A stretch of DNA of 59,392 nucleotides from an uncultured bacterium (lineage in GTDB: Bacteria > Krumholzibacteriota > Krumholzibacteriia > Krumholzibacteriales > WJIX01), in assembly GCA_964554125.1 (NCBI GenBank), contig CAZKNG010000005.1, forward strand, positions 1 to 59,392, read 5' to 3'. Shown here piece after piece: positions 38,937-48,531 of this stretch. The notes beneath the pieces are model-generated. The model was not told the origin of the DNA and made no database searches. It saw only the letters and a list, made by a program, of their open reading frames with translations. Numbering within the stretch: the stretch's first letter is position 1; each line of letters begins with the position of its first letter. A program made the position numbers and the translations under genes.

Positions 38937-40410
38937 AACCTACCTCCCTTGATTTTATAGCTCTCTGAGCTTCACTTACATCACTGAACTTGAATCTCTT
39001 CCGTCCGACTATCTGAATCTCTTCATGACCCTTCCCCGCTATGAGCACAAGATCATTATCACCCGCTTCCAACACTGCTTTTCTGATAGCATCTCTTCTG
39101 TCGACCACTACCTCTACTTCAGATCTGTCTTTTTCTATCCCTTCCAGAATTTCATCAATTATTCGGTGTGGATCTTCTGTGCGGGGATTATCGGTCGTAA
39201 CATAAACTGAATCGCTGAATCTTACAGCTATTGCCCCCATAATAGGCCTCTTACCTCGATCCCGGTCACCACCGCATCCGAAGACTGTAATAAGTCGCTC
39301 GGAATCAAGATTAACGCAGAATTTCAGAACATTCTCCAGCGCATCCGGGGTGTGCGCGTAGTCTACAACAACTGTCGGCCCTTTTCGCGAGGGTACAACC
39401 TGAAAACGTCCGGGAATAGATTCAACCCTTCTCAATCCTGATCTTATATCATCAGAACTGATATCTAGAGCGTAGGAAGCGGCAGCGGCTGATAAAGCGT
39501 TATATACAGAAAACTCTCCAAGGAGGTTCAACCCTATGCTCACCGTTTCATCTTCAGCTTCAAGATCAAAAGAGGTGCTCTTCAGATTCGTCTTTACATT
39601 AACAGCCTTAATATCGGCATCATCTTCTACTCCAAAGGAAACTTTCCTGCCATAAAATTCTTCACCAATTTCCCGCACAACAGGATCATCCGCGTTGTAT
39701 ACAAATTTTCCTTCTTCTTTGACCCGTTCTCGCTCCGCGAGAGATAAAACGAATTTCTTTTTTGCGTCAAGATAACTCTTAAACGTTTTGTGGTAATCGA
39801 GGTGATCCCTTGAAATATTAGTAAATATCCCGACATCAAACTCTACCCCTGTAATCCTGCCCTGAACAACACCGTGTGAACTTACTTCCATAACAACAGC
39901 CCTGCATCCTTCATCTCTAAATGCGGCTAATTTACGGTTCAGGTCCGAAGCCCCCGGGGTTGTTCTTTGCGAAGAAAACATATTCTTTCCACTTCCGTAA
40001 CCTACCGTTCCTATGATTCCGACAATTCCAAAGGATTCTTCGAGAATCGATTTCAGCAGGAAAGCTGTAGAAGTTTTGCCGTTTGTACCTGTTATTCCAA
40101 TCATAAGCATATCCCGCGCGGGATTGCCGTAATACCGGGCCGCCAGAAGCCCCTCGGCTAAAAGGGTATGACGAACAACAATCAAAGGAACTTCTGACTT
40201 GACTATTTTTTGTGTAACAACTGCCGCCGCTCCGGATTTAACGGCATCATCTACAAAATCATGCCCATCATATCTTTCCCCTTTTACTGCTATAAACAGG
40301 TCACCTTTTTTGACAGTCCTGGAATCTGTTGAAATTCCAGAGATACTAACATCGGTAAAACCTCTGTCTTCCAATATATTTACGGCTTCTATTAATTCTG
40401 ACAATAACAC
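38926..40410 (-). CDS. murE: UDP-N-acetylmuramoyl-L-alanyl-D-glutamate--meso-DAP ligase
   Basis: TGTNGKT, TTP, MEVSSH, DHLDYH, DYAHTPDA, FGCGGDRD, DNPR (meso-DAP specificity motif), AGKGHE. Confidence 0.99.
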   Translation of the reverse strand: MLLSELIEAVNILEDRGFTDVSISGISTDSRTVKKGDLFIAVKGERYDGHDFVDDAVKSGAAAVVTQKIVKSEVPLIVVRHTLLAEGLLAARYYGNPARDMLMIGITGTNGKTSTAFLLKSILEESFGIVGIIGTVGYGSGKNMFSSQRTTPGASDLNRKLAAFRDEGCRAVVMEVSSHGVVQGRITGVEFDVGIFTNISRDHLDYHKTFKSYLDAKKKFVLSLAERERVKEEGKFVYNADDPVVREIGEEFYGRKVSFGVEDDADIKAVNVKTNLKSTSFDLEAEDETVSIGLNLLGEFSVYNALSAAAASYALDISSDDIRSGLRRVESIPGRFQVVPSRKGPTVVVDYAHTPDALENVLKFCVNLDSERLITVFGCGGDRDRGKRPIMGAIAVRFSDSVYVTTDNPRTEDPHRIIDEILEGIEKDRSEVEVVVDRRDAIRKAVLEAGDNDLVLIAGKGHEEIQIVGRKRFKFSDVSEAQRAIKSREVGYQS

Positions 40411-42516
40411 TCAGCCACTCCCGTTTTCAGACCCATAGATGGAAGATTCGGATAATTTCAAACCTTTTTTACAAAACAGCCTGATATTCGATCCTACTCT
40501 CAGCAGGTTACCCGGCCCGGGGTTCTGTCTCTCAACTATACCAAAACCGGATATTGTGCTTTCAAATCCGCATTCTATTAGAATTCTTCTAGCCTTTCTG
40601 AGCGTAAGTCCTCTCAAATCCGGAACGCGTGATTTTCTTTCACCGGATTGTTTCTCTCTGAAAAGCAGAGTTATTTCTGTTCCGGTCTCTACAAGTGTTC
40701 CAGGCCCTGGAATCTGAGAGTATACTCTCCCTTTATCATCTGAACACCTCACCCCGATACCAGACCTTGAAGCCATTCTATAAGCCTCAGAAGAAGTCAT
40801 TCTATAAAAACAGGGTGTTTTTATTTTTTGATCTTCCCCTTCTCCCAAAGCGAGCATCTTTCCGGAATCTTGTGTTATATAGTCGGTAGTTAGACAAATG
40901 CTCTCTATAACTCTATTGAAAACAGGTGCCGCCGAAAGTCCTCCGTAAGTATAGGGATAATCGGGTTCGTCAAAAAGAACAAGGCAGGCAACCTGCGGGT
41001 TCTCTACGGGAGCAAATCCAATGAAACTCGATATATATTTGTTCCGCAGATATCCGTTTCTACCAGCTTTCTGAGCTGTGCCGGTTTTTCCGCCCACGGA
41101 AACCATTTCTGTTGAAGCTCTGCCTCCGGTTCCTTCCCTGACAACATCCCGGCAAAAATCCTTTATTGTATTTGATATTTTAGGGGGGAAAGCCCTTCTT
41201 ACTTTTACTCTGGGAATTTCCTCAATCCAGCCGTCTTCGCCCCTGATCTTCAGGGCAACCCGGGGAACGTACAATTCACCTCCATTGGCAAGAGCGCAAT
41301 AGGCGGACAAAATCTGAAGCGGGGTAACTCCTATTTCCTGACCAATCGCTATACTCGCTAGAGATCTCCTGGACCATTCCTGCGGCTCACGTAAAAATCC
41401 CTCGGATTCAACAGGCAGGTCCACACCGGTCTTTTCACCAAACCCCATCTTCAAAATATATCTATAGAATTCTTCCCTGCAGGATTTGGAAAGTGCTTTA
41501 ATTGTGCAAATGTTGCTTGAAAAAACAAACGATTCCCTGAAAGTCAACCAGCCGTGAGGATGATCATCACGGAAAACCCCAAACTCAAACTTTGCCTTAC
41601 CTTCTTCTCCATAAAAAGCGTCATATGGAGCCACCTTCCCGGTATTTAAAAGATAAGCATCGGTTATCAGTTTAAAGGTTGAACCCGGTTCATAATAACA
41701 GCTTGTTGAATATAATGAATGTTTGTGTTTGTCCGAAAAATATTCTGAAAGAGCCAATATATCACCGTTGGAAGGATCAGCTACGATTATAACTCCTCCT
41801 TCCGCCCCATATTTTCTTACCGCCTTCTTTAATTCAAAATTTACTATCGTCTGTATATTTGAGTCGATCGTCAAATATATATCTCTGCCGTTAACAGCCT
41901 CCCTGTGGGGAGCGTCAATAGGCCTGAACGGTCCGTTTCTGGCGTCCCGGTTTACGACAACCCACCCGTCCCTGCCGGTCAGGACATCGTTGAAAGCGCT
42001 TTCAATGCCGCCAACAGCTTTCTGTTTGTGATTGACAACACCAATAAAATTTTTATCAATGGCCTGCAGAGGCATCAATCTCTTGTGAACGGAATCAAGA
42101 CGAACTCCCGGCAGCAGATAGAGTTTAGACAACTGGCCGGCGCTTAGCCGAAGCCCTTTTTTTATAAGAATATAATCTTCGTCTTTAGTAAGAAGTCCTC
42201 TTATTTGTGAAGGCGTACTATCTGCCAGTTTTGCAATATATTCGATAACTTCTTTTTTTTCAGGTAGATCCCTTGGAGTAACACCAAGAGTGTAAGTGCA
42301 GTATGTTACGGCCAGAGGCCTGCCTCGTCTATCGAGGATTTTCCCTCTTTTAGCGGATATCTTGAGTTTGTTGTGCCATTGCTGTTTAGCGATATTCTTA
42401 TATTTTTCGTGCTGAATTATCTGAACTTTTACAATTCTAAATACAATAACGGCCACTACCGCACTCAGAAATACAACAATAAACCTCAAACGGCCTCTTG
42501 ATAGTTTACGGATCAT
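40411..42516 (-). CDS. ftsI: Class B penicillin-binding protein (FtsI-like) with two C-terminal PASTA domains
   Basis: RGKILDR, GGIE, EPGSTFK (SxxK), SSN (SxN), KTGTAQ; C-terminal VYSQIPGPG and VPDLRGL...QNPGPG PASTA repeats. Confidence 0.95.
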   Translation of the reverse strand: MIRKLSRGRLRFIVVFLSAVVAVIVFRIVKVQIIQHEKYKNIAKQQWHNKLKISAKRGKILDRRGRPLAVTYCTYTLGVTPRDLPEKKEVIEYIAKLADSTPSQIRGLLTKDEDYILIKKGLRLSAGQLSKLYLLPGVRLDSVHKRLMPLQAIDKNFIGVVNHKQKAVGGIESAFNDVLTGRDGWVVVNRDARNGPFRPIDAPHREAVNGRDIYLTIDSNIQTIVNFELKKAVRKYGAEGGVIIVADPSNGDILALSEYFSDKHKHSLYSTSCYYEPGSTFKLITDAYLLNTGKVAPYDAFYGEEGKAKFEFGVFRDDHPHGWLTFRESFVFSSNICTIKALSKSCREEFYRYILKMGFGEKTGVDLPVESEGFLREPQEWSRRSLASIAIGQEIGVTPLQILSAYCALANGGELYVPRVALKIRGEDGWIEEIPRVKVRRAFPPKISNTIKDFCRDVVREGTGGRASTEMVSVGGKTGTAQKAGRNGYLRNKYISSFIGFAPVENPQVACLVLFDEPDYPYTYGGLSAAPVFNRVIESICLTTDYITQDSGKMLALGEGEDQKIKTPCFYRMTSSEAYRMASRSGIGVRCSDDKGRVYSQIPGPGTLVETGTEITLLFREKQSGERKSRVPDLRGLTLRKARRILIECGFESTISGFGIVERQNPGPGNLLRVGSNIRLFCKKGLKLSESSIYGSENGSG

Positions 42517-42944
42517 TAATTCTCCACATTGTCATCACCAAAAATCAAGATTTCTTTTTTGGCTATGCTCGTAACTTTCTCGGGGTCTTCACTTATGTTC
42601 CTGAACAGCCGCTTATTCCTATAAAGAGTGAGCTTGTTTACATCCATGGACGATCCCTGTTTCATCCCCATTCTTTCCACTTCCGGGATAATCCTTTCAG
42701 GAGCTATAAGTCTGTTATAATCAGCAAGCAGCCATACTTTTTTCTCTCTTAAGAAGGTGCGCTTCTTTAAGGATCCGCTTATTTCTTCAGAAAGTGAATA
42801 CGAATAGACGTGAAGTCCGATATATAACATAGCGAGGCTGGCCGTCAATCCCAGGAGTATCAGAAAATTCAGCTGACTTATCTTCCCTGAGAGCATCCTG
42901 CTTACTAATATCTGCAAACTGTAACATTTCTTATTACTGCTCAT
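42516..42944 (-). CDS. ftsL: Cell division protein FtsL-like
   Basis: One TM helix followed by a coiled-coil-like segment and L..PERI...GM motif; position between rsmH and ftsI. Confidence 0.7.
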   Translation of the reverse strand: MSSNKKCYSLQILVSRMLSGKISQLNFLILLGLTASLAMLYIGLHVYSYSLSEEISGSLKKRTFLREKKVWLLADYNRLIAPERIIPEVERMGMKQGSSMDVNKLTLYRNKRLFRNISEDPEKVTSIAKKEILIFGDDNVEN

Positions 42945-42945
42945 A

Positions 42946-43857
42946 TCAAATCCTTTCAGCTACGCGCAGTTTAGCGCTCCTTGCTCTCCTGTTATTCTCA
43001 ATCTCCGAAAAAGAGGGTAAAACCGGTTTATTCGTTATGATCTTTAATTCTGAGCGTTTATCGCAGACACAAACCGGAAAATCCGGCGGGCAAACACAGC
43101 TCTTCGCCTGGTGGATGAAGAATCTCTTAACGATCCGATCTTCGATAGAATGGTATGAGATAACAGCAATCCTCCCATGCGGACTTAAAAGCCTCAATGC
43201 CTGGGGCAGAAAAATCTTCAGATTTTCAATCTCATCATTGGCCCAAATCCTGAAAGCCTGAAAAACTCTCGAAAGCGTACTGTAAAGCCTGTTAGGACTG
43301 ACAACCTTCTTGACGGCTTCTACTAATTGTCCCGTCCTCTCGATTGCCTCCGAACCCCTCATCTTAACTATACTTTCTGCTATGATTCCGTGTTTTCTTT
43401 CTTCACCATAGACTTTTATAATCCTGCTGATTTGTCGTCTGTCTGCGCCGGAGAGCATTTCGCTGACCGAATTTGCGTCCTCTCCCATTGCCATATCAAT
43501 TGGACCGTCCTTCATATAACTGAACCCGCGGCAGCTATCGTCGAGCTGCAGTGATGAGATTCCCAAATCCAGAAGGAATCCGTCATATCTCCCTCCGGCC
43601 AGATATTCTTCTATCTCCCGGAAATTCCCCTGAATCAACTTTACCCGTTCTCCGTATCTCTCTAATCTTTTCCGTGCAATATCCAAAGCCATACCATCTC
43701 TGTCTATCCCGACCACCGAAATATTCCGATTTCCTTTCGCTTTGAGAATGCCCTCCGTGTGTCCTCCTGTTCCGACCGTACAGTCCACGTAAATACCTTC
43801 CGGATTCTTTATCAGGAGATCTAAAATCTCTTTCTTCATAACGGGTACGTGAAACAC
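42946..43857 (-). CDS. rsmH: 16S rRNA m4C1402 methyltransferase
   Basis: HVPVM, DCTVGTGGH, DLGISSLQLD, RGFSY, FQAFRI..NDE, ISYHSIEDR, RARSAKLR. Confidence 0.99.
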   Translation of the reverse strand: MFHVPVMKKEILDLLIKNPEGIYVDCTVGTGGHTEGILKAKGNRNISVVGIDRDGMALDIARKRLERYGERVKLIQGNFREIEEYLAGGRYDGFLLDLGISSLQLDDSCRGFSYMKDGPIDMAMGEDANSVSEMLSGADRRQISRIIKVYGEERKHGIIAESIVKMRGSEAIERTGQLVEAVKKVVSPNRLYSTLSRVFQAFRIWANDEIENLKIFLPQALRLLSPHGRIAVISYHSIEDRIVKRFFIHQAKSCVCPPDFPVCVCDKRSELKIITNKPVLPSFSEIENNRRARSAKLRVAERI

Positions 43858-43905
43858 TCAAATTCCACTCCGGCCTGGTGTGAAACAAAATATCGGCGAA
43901 TTTTA

Positions 43906-44340
43906 TCAATATTCCCATTCCAGTTTTTGGAAATCATTTTCGATCTTCATGCTTATATCTCTGTAATCATCAAAAGACCATATTTCCATATAGTTTAGGA
44001 GTCCGACTGCAACTACCTTCCCGGGATTATTTATTACCTCAAGGAATTTTCGCGGTATGGCGATCCTGCCAGACTTATCAGATTCGACATGACGAGACAT
44101 CTTGCTGTAAAAACGTATAACCTTTCTTTTCTTCAGGCCCGGAGGAAGCTGATGAAGTCTCTTCTCGACATCATCTCTCCATTCGTTCAGGGGATACAAA
44201 TTAAGACACTGTTCCTTTCCGAGACTGATAACAAATTTATTATCGTTATCCGCCGGAATAAGGCGCCTGAATCTGGAAGGGATGAGCATCCTGCCCTTCG
44301 AATCTATTGAACATTCATAATCACCGAGGAAATTCTGCAT
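43906..44340 (-). CDS. mraZ: Division/cell wall cluster transcriptional repressor MraZ
   Basis: Two AbrB-like repeats with DSKGR and DKSGRI; first gene of the dcw cluster. Confidence 0.96.
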   Translation of the reverse strand: MQNFLGDYECSIDSKGRMLIPSRFRRLIPADNDNKFVISLGKEQCLNLYPLNEWRDDVEKRLHQLPPGLKKRKVIRFYSKMSRHVESDKSGRIAIPRKFLEVINNPGKVVAVGLLNYMEIWSFDDYRDISMKIENDFQKLEWEY

Positions 44341-44432
44341 TTACAATCCAATCTATGCTTTATTCAAATAAAAATACCGGCGCTGAATTCTGTCATTCTA
44401 TCTCTTTTACCCAATACTTTACTCCATTTCCC

Positions 44433-44465
44433 CCCACTCTACCCCACTTCCTCCCACCATGTCAA
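44433..44465 (-). promoter_or_regulatory. dcw promoter with three MraZ-binding GTGGG boxes at exact 10-bp spacing
   Basis: Minus strand TTGACA-TG-GTGGGAGGAA-GTGGGGTAGA-GTGGGGGAAA; boxes at 44453-57, 44443-47 and 44433-37; -35 TTGACA at 44465-60; -10 candidate TAGAGT (18-nt spacer). Confidence 0.88.
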
Positions 44466-44671
44466 GAGATAAACCGATTTTTTTTAAATATTTATGCACC
44501 TCTTATCCTATGCTATAAAACAAGTTACAGCATACATGCAAAAATAATTTAAAAAAGTTTTAATTATTTTTATGGGAATCTTTCCCACTGCGGGAATTAA
44601 TGAACCTTTCAGAGATAATCCTTCGAAGGGGATTAAGAGGGATAAATATCAGGTTTAAAGATGCCGTATTA

Positions 44672-45574
44672 TTACGGACCGCTTTCGAAAGGTTCTATAT
44701 GTACAACTACATCAATGATGTCGGGGCCCCTATTTAATATCTCATCTTCAACCTCCTGAGAAATAGAATGACCCTCTCGAACTGAAATATCCGGATCAAT
44801 AAGTACGTGGAGATCCACCGCAAGCTTAGAGCTGAACTTACGTGTTCGTATTGCGTGTACATCCTTTACGCTTTCTATATTCATAACTATATTCTTTATC
44901 AATTCATGATCCTTCTCAGACGCTCCATGATCTGTCAACTCAATTAGCGACGGCCTGACTATATCCCAGGAAACCTTCAGTATCAAAATTGAAATTATCA
45001 GGGCGCCGATATCATCGATATATGACAGCTCCGGATTAACAGAAGCTACCGTAACAGCGATTAACGCGGGCAATGAACTTAAAGCATCGGAACGATGGTG
45101 CATCGAATTTGCAATCACAGCTGTTGATTTTACGAGGTTACCTATTTTCAAAGTCCATCTGTAGAGAATTTCCTTGAAAACTATCGATAGAAGAGGTCCA
45201 ATAACGGCGATCCAGCCTGTTTGCTCTCTTTCTATTCCCCGCACTGAGACAAAAGAGTTGTATCCCAATCCGACAGCAATAAACGCCAGGATGATACCGA
45301 TCGCGAGAGTTATTAATGTTTCAATACGCCTATGGCCGTAAGGATGGTTTTTATCCGGCGGAGCGCTCCAGTATTTTACTCCCAGTAGAACGGCAAGATC
45401 AGTAGAAAGGTCTGAGATACTGTGGACCGCGTCAGCAATTACCGCGTGACTCGCTCCAATAAAACCAAACAGGAATTTAATAAACGCCAGAAATAAGTTT
45501 ACGGCAATCCCTGTACACGTAATCTTCTTTATCTCTTTTACATTTCTATTATTATTTCTTTCATCCATATTCAT
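44672..45574 (-). CDS. Cation diffusion facilitator (FieF-like) metal transporter
   Basis: ADAVHSISD (TM2 HxxxD), HPYGHRRIE, HHRSDA (TM5 HxxxD), C-terminal dimerisation domain ending VHIEP. Confidence 0.93.
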   Translation of the reverse strand: MNMDERNNNRNVKEIKKITCTGIAVNLFLAFIKFLFGFIGASHAVIADAVHSISDLSTDLAVLLGVKYWSAPPDKNHPYGHRRIETLITLAIGIILAFIAVGLGYNSFVSVRGIEREQTGWIAVIGPLLSIVFKEILYRWTLKIGNLVKSTAVIANSMHHRSDALSSLPALIAVTVASVNPELSYIDDIGALIISILILKVSWDIVRPSLIELTDHGASEKDHELIKNIVMNIESVKDVHAIRTRKFSSKLAVDLHVLIDPDISVREGHSISQEVEDEILNRGPDIIDVVVHIEPFESGP

Positions 45575-45758
45575 ATTTATGAAATTTAATTAAATTAATC
45601 CCGTTTTCTTCTAAGCTGTTTTTAACCAAAAATCTTTTTCAGCTAATTCGAAGATAGCAACCCCCGCTTATAAATTTACACCGTAAAATAGCTGCCCCTC
45701 TCTTCTTAAAAAAGATTTATATCAATCCTGATCATCCGCCCCTTTAGTAATCCCGCCT

Positions 45759-47246
45759 TTATTCGAGCCGGTAGAGTGTATAAACAACCGGGTCTGATTT
45801 GCGTATACCCCGCGTTGAAATTGTATCGCTCATTAAAGGTATAAACTCTACACCCCTGATAATTTTACCGGAGAATCTCCGGGCTGAGGGGTTTCTGTCA
45901 ATTAGATAATCCGGATCGTATTGAAGAAAAAAACCTTCAGATACGATCCTTTCAACAGTCAGTGAATCCCGCATTCTGTTTATTCCCGGGGTTACAAGCC
46001 CGCCAAGGTCCAGCACTTCTCTTTCAGAATAATAACCTATAGCTCCTATATCGGGGGTTGCAACAACGGCTTCCCCGGCAGTATTATCACGCATCCACCT
46101 TCCCATCGGAATGAGAACCTCATTGATATCATCGGTAAAATCTCTTGTCGGCGGCACTACGATAAGGAAATAGAAGATGACGTTCTGGAGTACAACGAAT
46201 ATTGTAAAAATTCCAAGAATCAACCGTTCAAATTTGAGGCTGCTGTCAAAATATGAGATTAACCGGCTGACCGAAACTACTCCGAGAACGATAATAGCAG
46301 GCGCGGTCGGCACAAGATATCTGGAAAGAATAGTAAAGTCTAATAGAAGATAAGCCATTGGCAGAAATACAGCCCACGCAAGAGGAAAGAGAAGATTATT
46401 TGAAATCATATCCTCTTTCAGAGCTTCGGTCCTTTTTACCCAGTAAAATATTACCCAGATAATAAGGGATGCTGCAGGTATAATTAAAGTGGCTCCTATA
46501 ATTTTCAGCGGCAATAATACCCTCTTCAAATTAGCCGGATCGAAAAAGAGCCAGCCCCGTTTAGCCCCCGCGGTAAGTGGAAAGAAAGTGCCTGTGTGAT
46601 TCTTGATGAATATAAGCCAGAGAAAATAAGTTGAAACAAACACAATCAGCCACATTAATCTGACGGAATATTTCTCTTTTTTTCTAAAAAGGAAAATAAC
46701 TGCAGCGATTGGAACAAGAAGAATTATTTCCGGCCTGGCGAGGACTGATAAAAAGAGGGATAAACCGAATAAAGATGAATATACTATAGATTTTAATGTT
46801 TTAACAGACAGGATAAATACGACAAGGACCATGAAAACGGCAAGTGAAGTCTCCATACCCACCGAACTCCACCTTACAAGCCAGGCTTCCACAGACATAA
46901 TAATAGCGGCAGCAGCGGCCGCTGTCCTTTTTTTTTCAACCATTAAAAGATAATAATAAATAAGTACTATGGACAAAACGGCGAATACTCCCGACAGAAT
47001 ATGAGACAGAAGCAGAAGATCGATCCCCATCTTATAACCCAGGGAAAGAAGAAAAACCCACAGCGGGCTTGTTGCCCCGTAGGACGTTTCGCCCTTATTA
47101 AAAGCTAATTGATTATCAACAGCCAGGTTGCGCGCATATTGAATATGTATATAGGTGTCATCAACAACAGAATCTTTTAATGGTGCGCTGATAACCAGAA
47201 AAAGTATTACAGCGCTGATGATTATCAGGGCATTCTTACTGTTCAT
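45759..47246 (-). CDS. Polytopic membrane GT-C-fold glycosyltransferase (ArnT/arabinofuranosyltransferase-like)
   Basis: DDTYIHIQYARNLA, FNKGE.SYGATSPLW, GMET, RPE, RYLVP, DIGAIGYY, LDLGGL. Confidence 0.7.
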   Translation of the reverse strand: MNSKNALIIISAVILFLVISAPLKDSVVDDTYIHIQYARNLAVDNQLAFNKGETSYGATSPLWVFLLSLGYKMGIDLLLLSHILSGVFAVLSIVLIYYYLLMVEKKRTAAAAAAIIMSVEAWLVRWSSVGMETSLAVFMVLVVFILSVKTLKSIVYSSLFGLSLFLSVLARPEIILLVPIAAVIFLFRKKEKYSVRLMWLIVFVSTYFLWLIFIKNHTGTFFPLTAGAKRGWLFFDPANLKRVLLPLKIIGATLIIPAASLIIWVIFYWVKRTEALKEDMISNNLLFPLAWAVFLPMAYLLLDFTILSRYLVPTAPAIIVLGVVSVSRLISYFDSSLKFERLILGIFTIFVVLQNVIFYFLIVVPPTRDFTDDINEVLIPMGRWMRDNTAGEAVVATPDIGAIGYYSEREVLDLGGLVTPGINRMRDSLTVERIVSEGFFLQYDPDYLIDRNPSARRFSGKIIRGVEFIPLMSDTISTRGIRKSDPVVYTLYRLE

Positions 47247-48531
47247 CTTTATACACCACCTCAGAGAGAAGACTATTCAATCTTTCCGCTTCAGATCTCC
47301 TTGAATATTTCGGCACATCTTCGAGCGAATAGCTGCTGTCGAGTTTCCGTGTTTTATAGAGATCAAACAGGATCTCAATCTTACCGGCAATATCTTCCGG
47401 GTCATTAACCTGCGCTGTTTCACCTCTGTCAAGATCCTGTACAATATTCTTAGCTTCCCCATCCGGAACGACGGCGAGTATGGGGCGCGCCGCGCCAATA
47501 TATTCATAGAGTTTTCCGGGAATAAGACCATTATACCTGTTATCGTCGTGTTTTATCAATAAAAGGACATGACTGCTCTTTTCGAGCCTGACACATTCGC
47601 GGTGAGGGAGATTATCTTTGAAAACAACGATATTTTCCAACCCCAATTTACTTACCCACTTCTCATTAGCTGATTCTCTTCCGCCCGCGAAGATAATTCT
47701 GAGTAATCCTTTCGCATCTTCAGTTCGATTTAAGAACAGGGAAACTCCTTTGAGGAACTTTTCTGACTTTCTTTCAAGTGTCAGCATACCCGCATGCAAT
47801 ACAGTGAATTTCTCCGGGTCGGGGTTAACATCTTCGAGCCCGGCAAAATCTTCTTCTTCGTATCCGTTCGGGATTTTCTCCACACTGCATCCCGGGTATA
47901 ATTCAATAAGTTTCCTCCTCTGCCAATCGGTTGTCACCAGAATCCTCTCAGCTTCAACGGTGTGCCTTTCCATCATTTGATGCAACTTCCTGTGAACCGG
48001 GGTTATGGGATCTCTTAGATAAAGTGATATCCATGGATCCCTGAAATCCACAACCCAGGGAATTCTATACTTACGTGAAATCTTTCCCGCAGCGAGATGT
48101 GTGCTGTCGGGAGGACTTGTAGAGAGTATAACATCAAAATCCTCCCTGCGGCACAGTTTCGAAGCGGCCCTGTAGGCAAAAGGTGCCCAACCGACATATG
48201 TATCAGGGATTAGAAATAGTTCTCCGAGTCTTCTCAGGAGCTCAAAACTGCCCGTTGACCTCTTCGGACCGGCCTGTCCATTTTTCTTTCTGACAGCACT
48301 TAAAAAACGCGGCGGAGAAACTGATAATGTTCGCACTACTTTAACGCCGTCCGGTATCTGGTTTAAAAGCCCGGGGTCTGAAATCCAGAATTCACCCGCT
48401 TTTGGTGTAAGAACGGTAACATCCCAGGAAAATCGTGCTAAATACTTTACAAAAGAAAGGGGGCGGTAGACCCCCCCGCCTCCGGCGGGAGGGAAAAAAT
48501 TCACAATTACTAATATCCGTTTTTCTTTCAT
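47236..48531 (-). CDS. Glycosyltransferase family 4-like (GT-B)
   Basis: FPPAGGGGV.R, STSPP, DFRDPW, IPNGYE, PGKLYEY. Confidence 0.9.
   Translation of the reverse strand: MKEKRILVIVNFFPPAGGGGVYRPLSFVKYLARFSWDVTVLTPKAGEFWISDPGLLNQIPDGVKVVRTLSVSPPRFLSAVRKKNGQAGPKRSTGSFELLRRLGELFLIPDTYVGWAPFAYRAASKLCRREDFDVILSTSPPDSTHLAAGKISRKYRIPWVVDFRDPWISLYLRDPITPVHRKLHQMMERHTVEAERILVTTDWQRRKLIELYPGCSVEKIPNGYEEEDFAGLEDVNPDPEKFTVLHAGMLTLERKSEKFLKGVSLFLNRTEDAKGLLRIIFAGGRESANEKWVSKLGLENIVVFKDNLPHRECVRLEKSSHVLLLIKHDDNRYNGLIPGKLYEYIGAARPILAVVPDGEAKNIVQDLDRGETAQVNDPEDIAGKIEILFDLYKTRKLDSSYSLEDVPKYSRRSEAERLNSLLSEVVYKDEQ

Noticed and set aside
44617-44634. AATCCTTCGAAGGGGATT imperfect hairpin after the CDF gene
   Set aside because: The stem is bulged and there is no U-tract, so it is not supportable as a terminator.
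1410-45758. Search of the larger intergenic gaps (1410-1732, 14343-14566, 15617-15915, 17944-18335, 19653-19881, 44341-44671, 45575-45758) for tRNA, riboswitches, CRISPR repeats, IS ends or integrase sites
   Set aside because: No cloverleaf, recognisable riboswitch core, spaced direct repeats or transposase/integrase gene was seen by eye; an Infernal/Rfam scan would be the decisive test.
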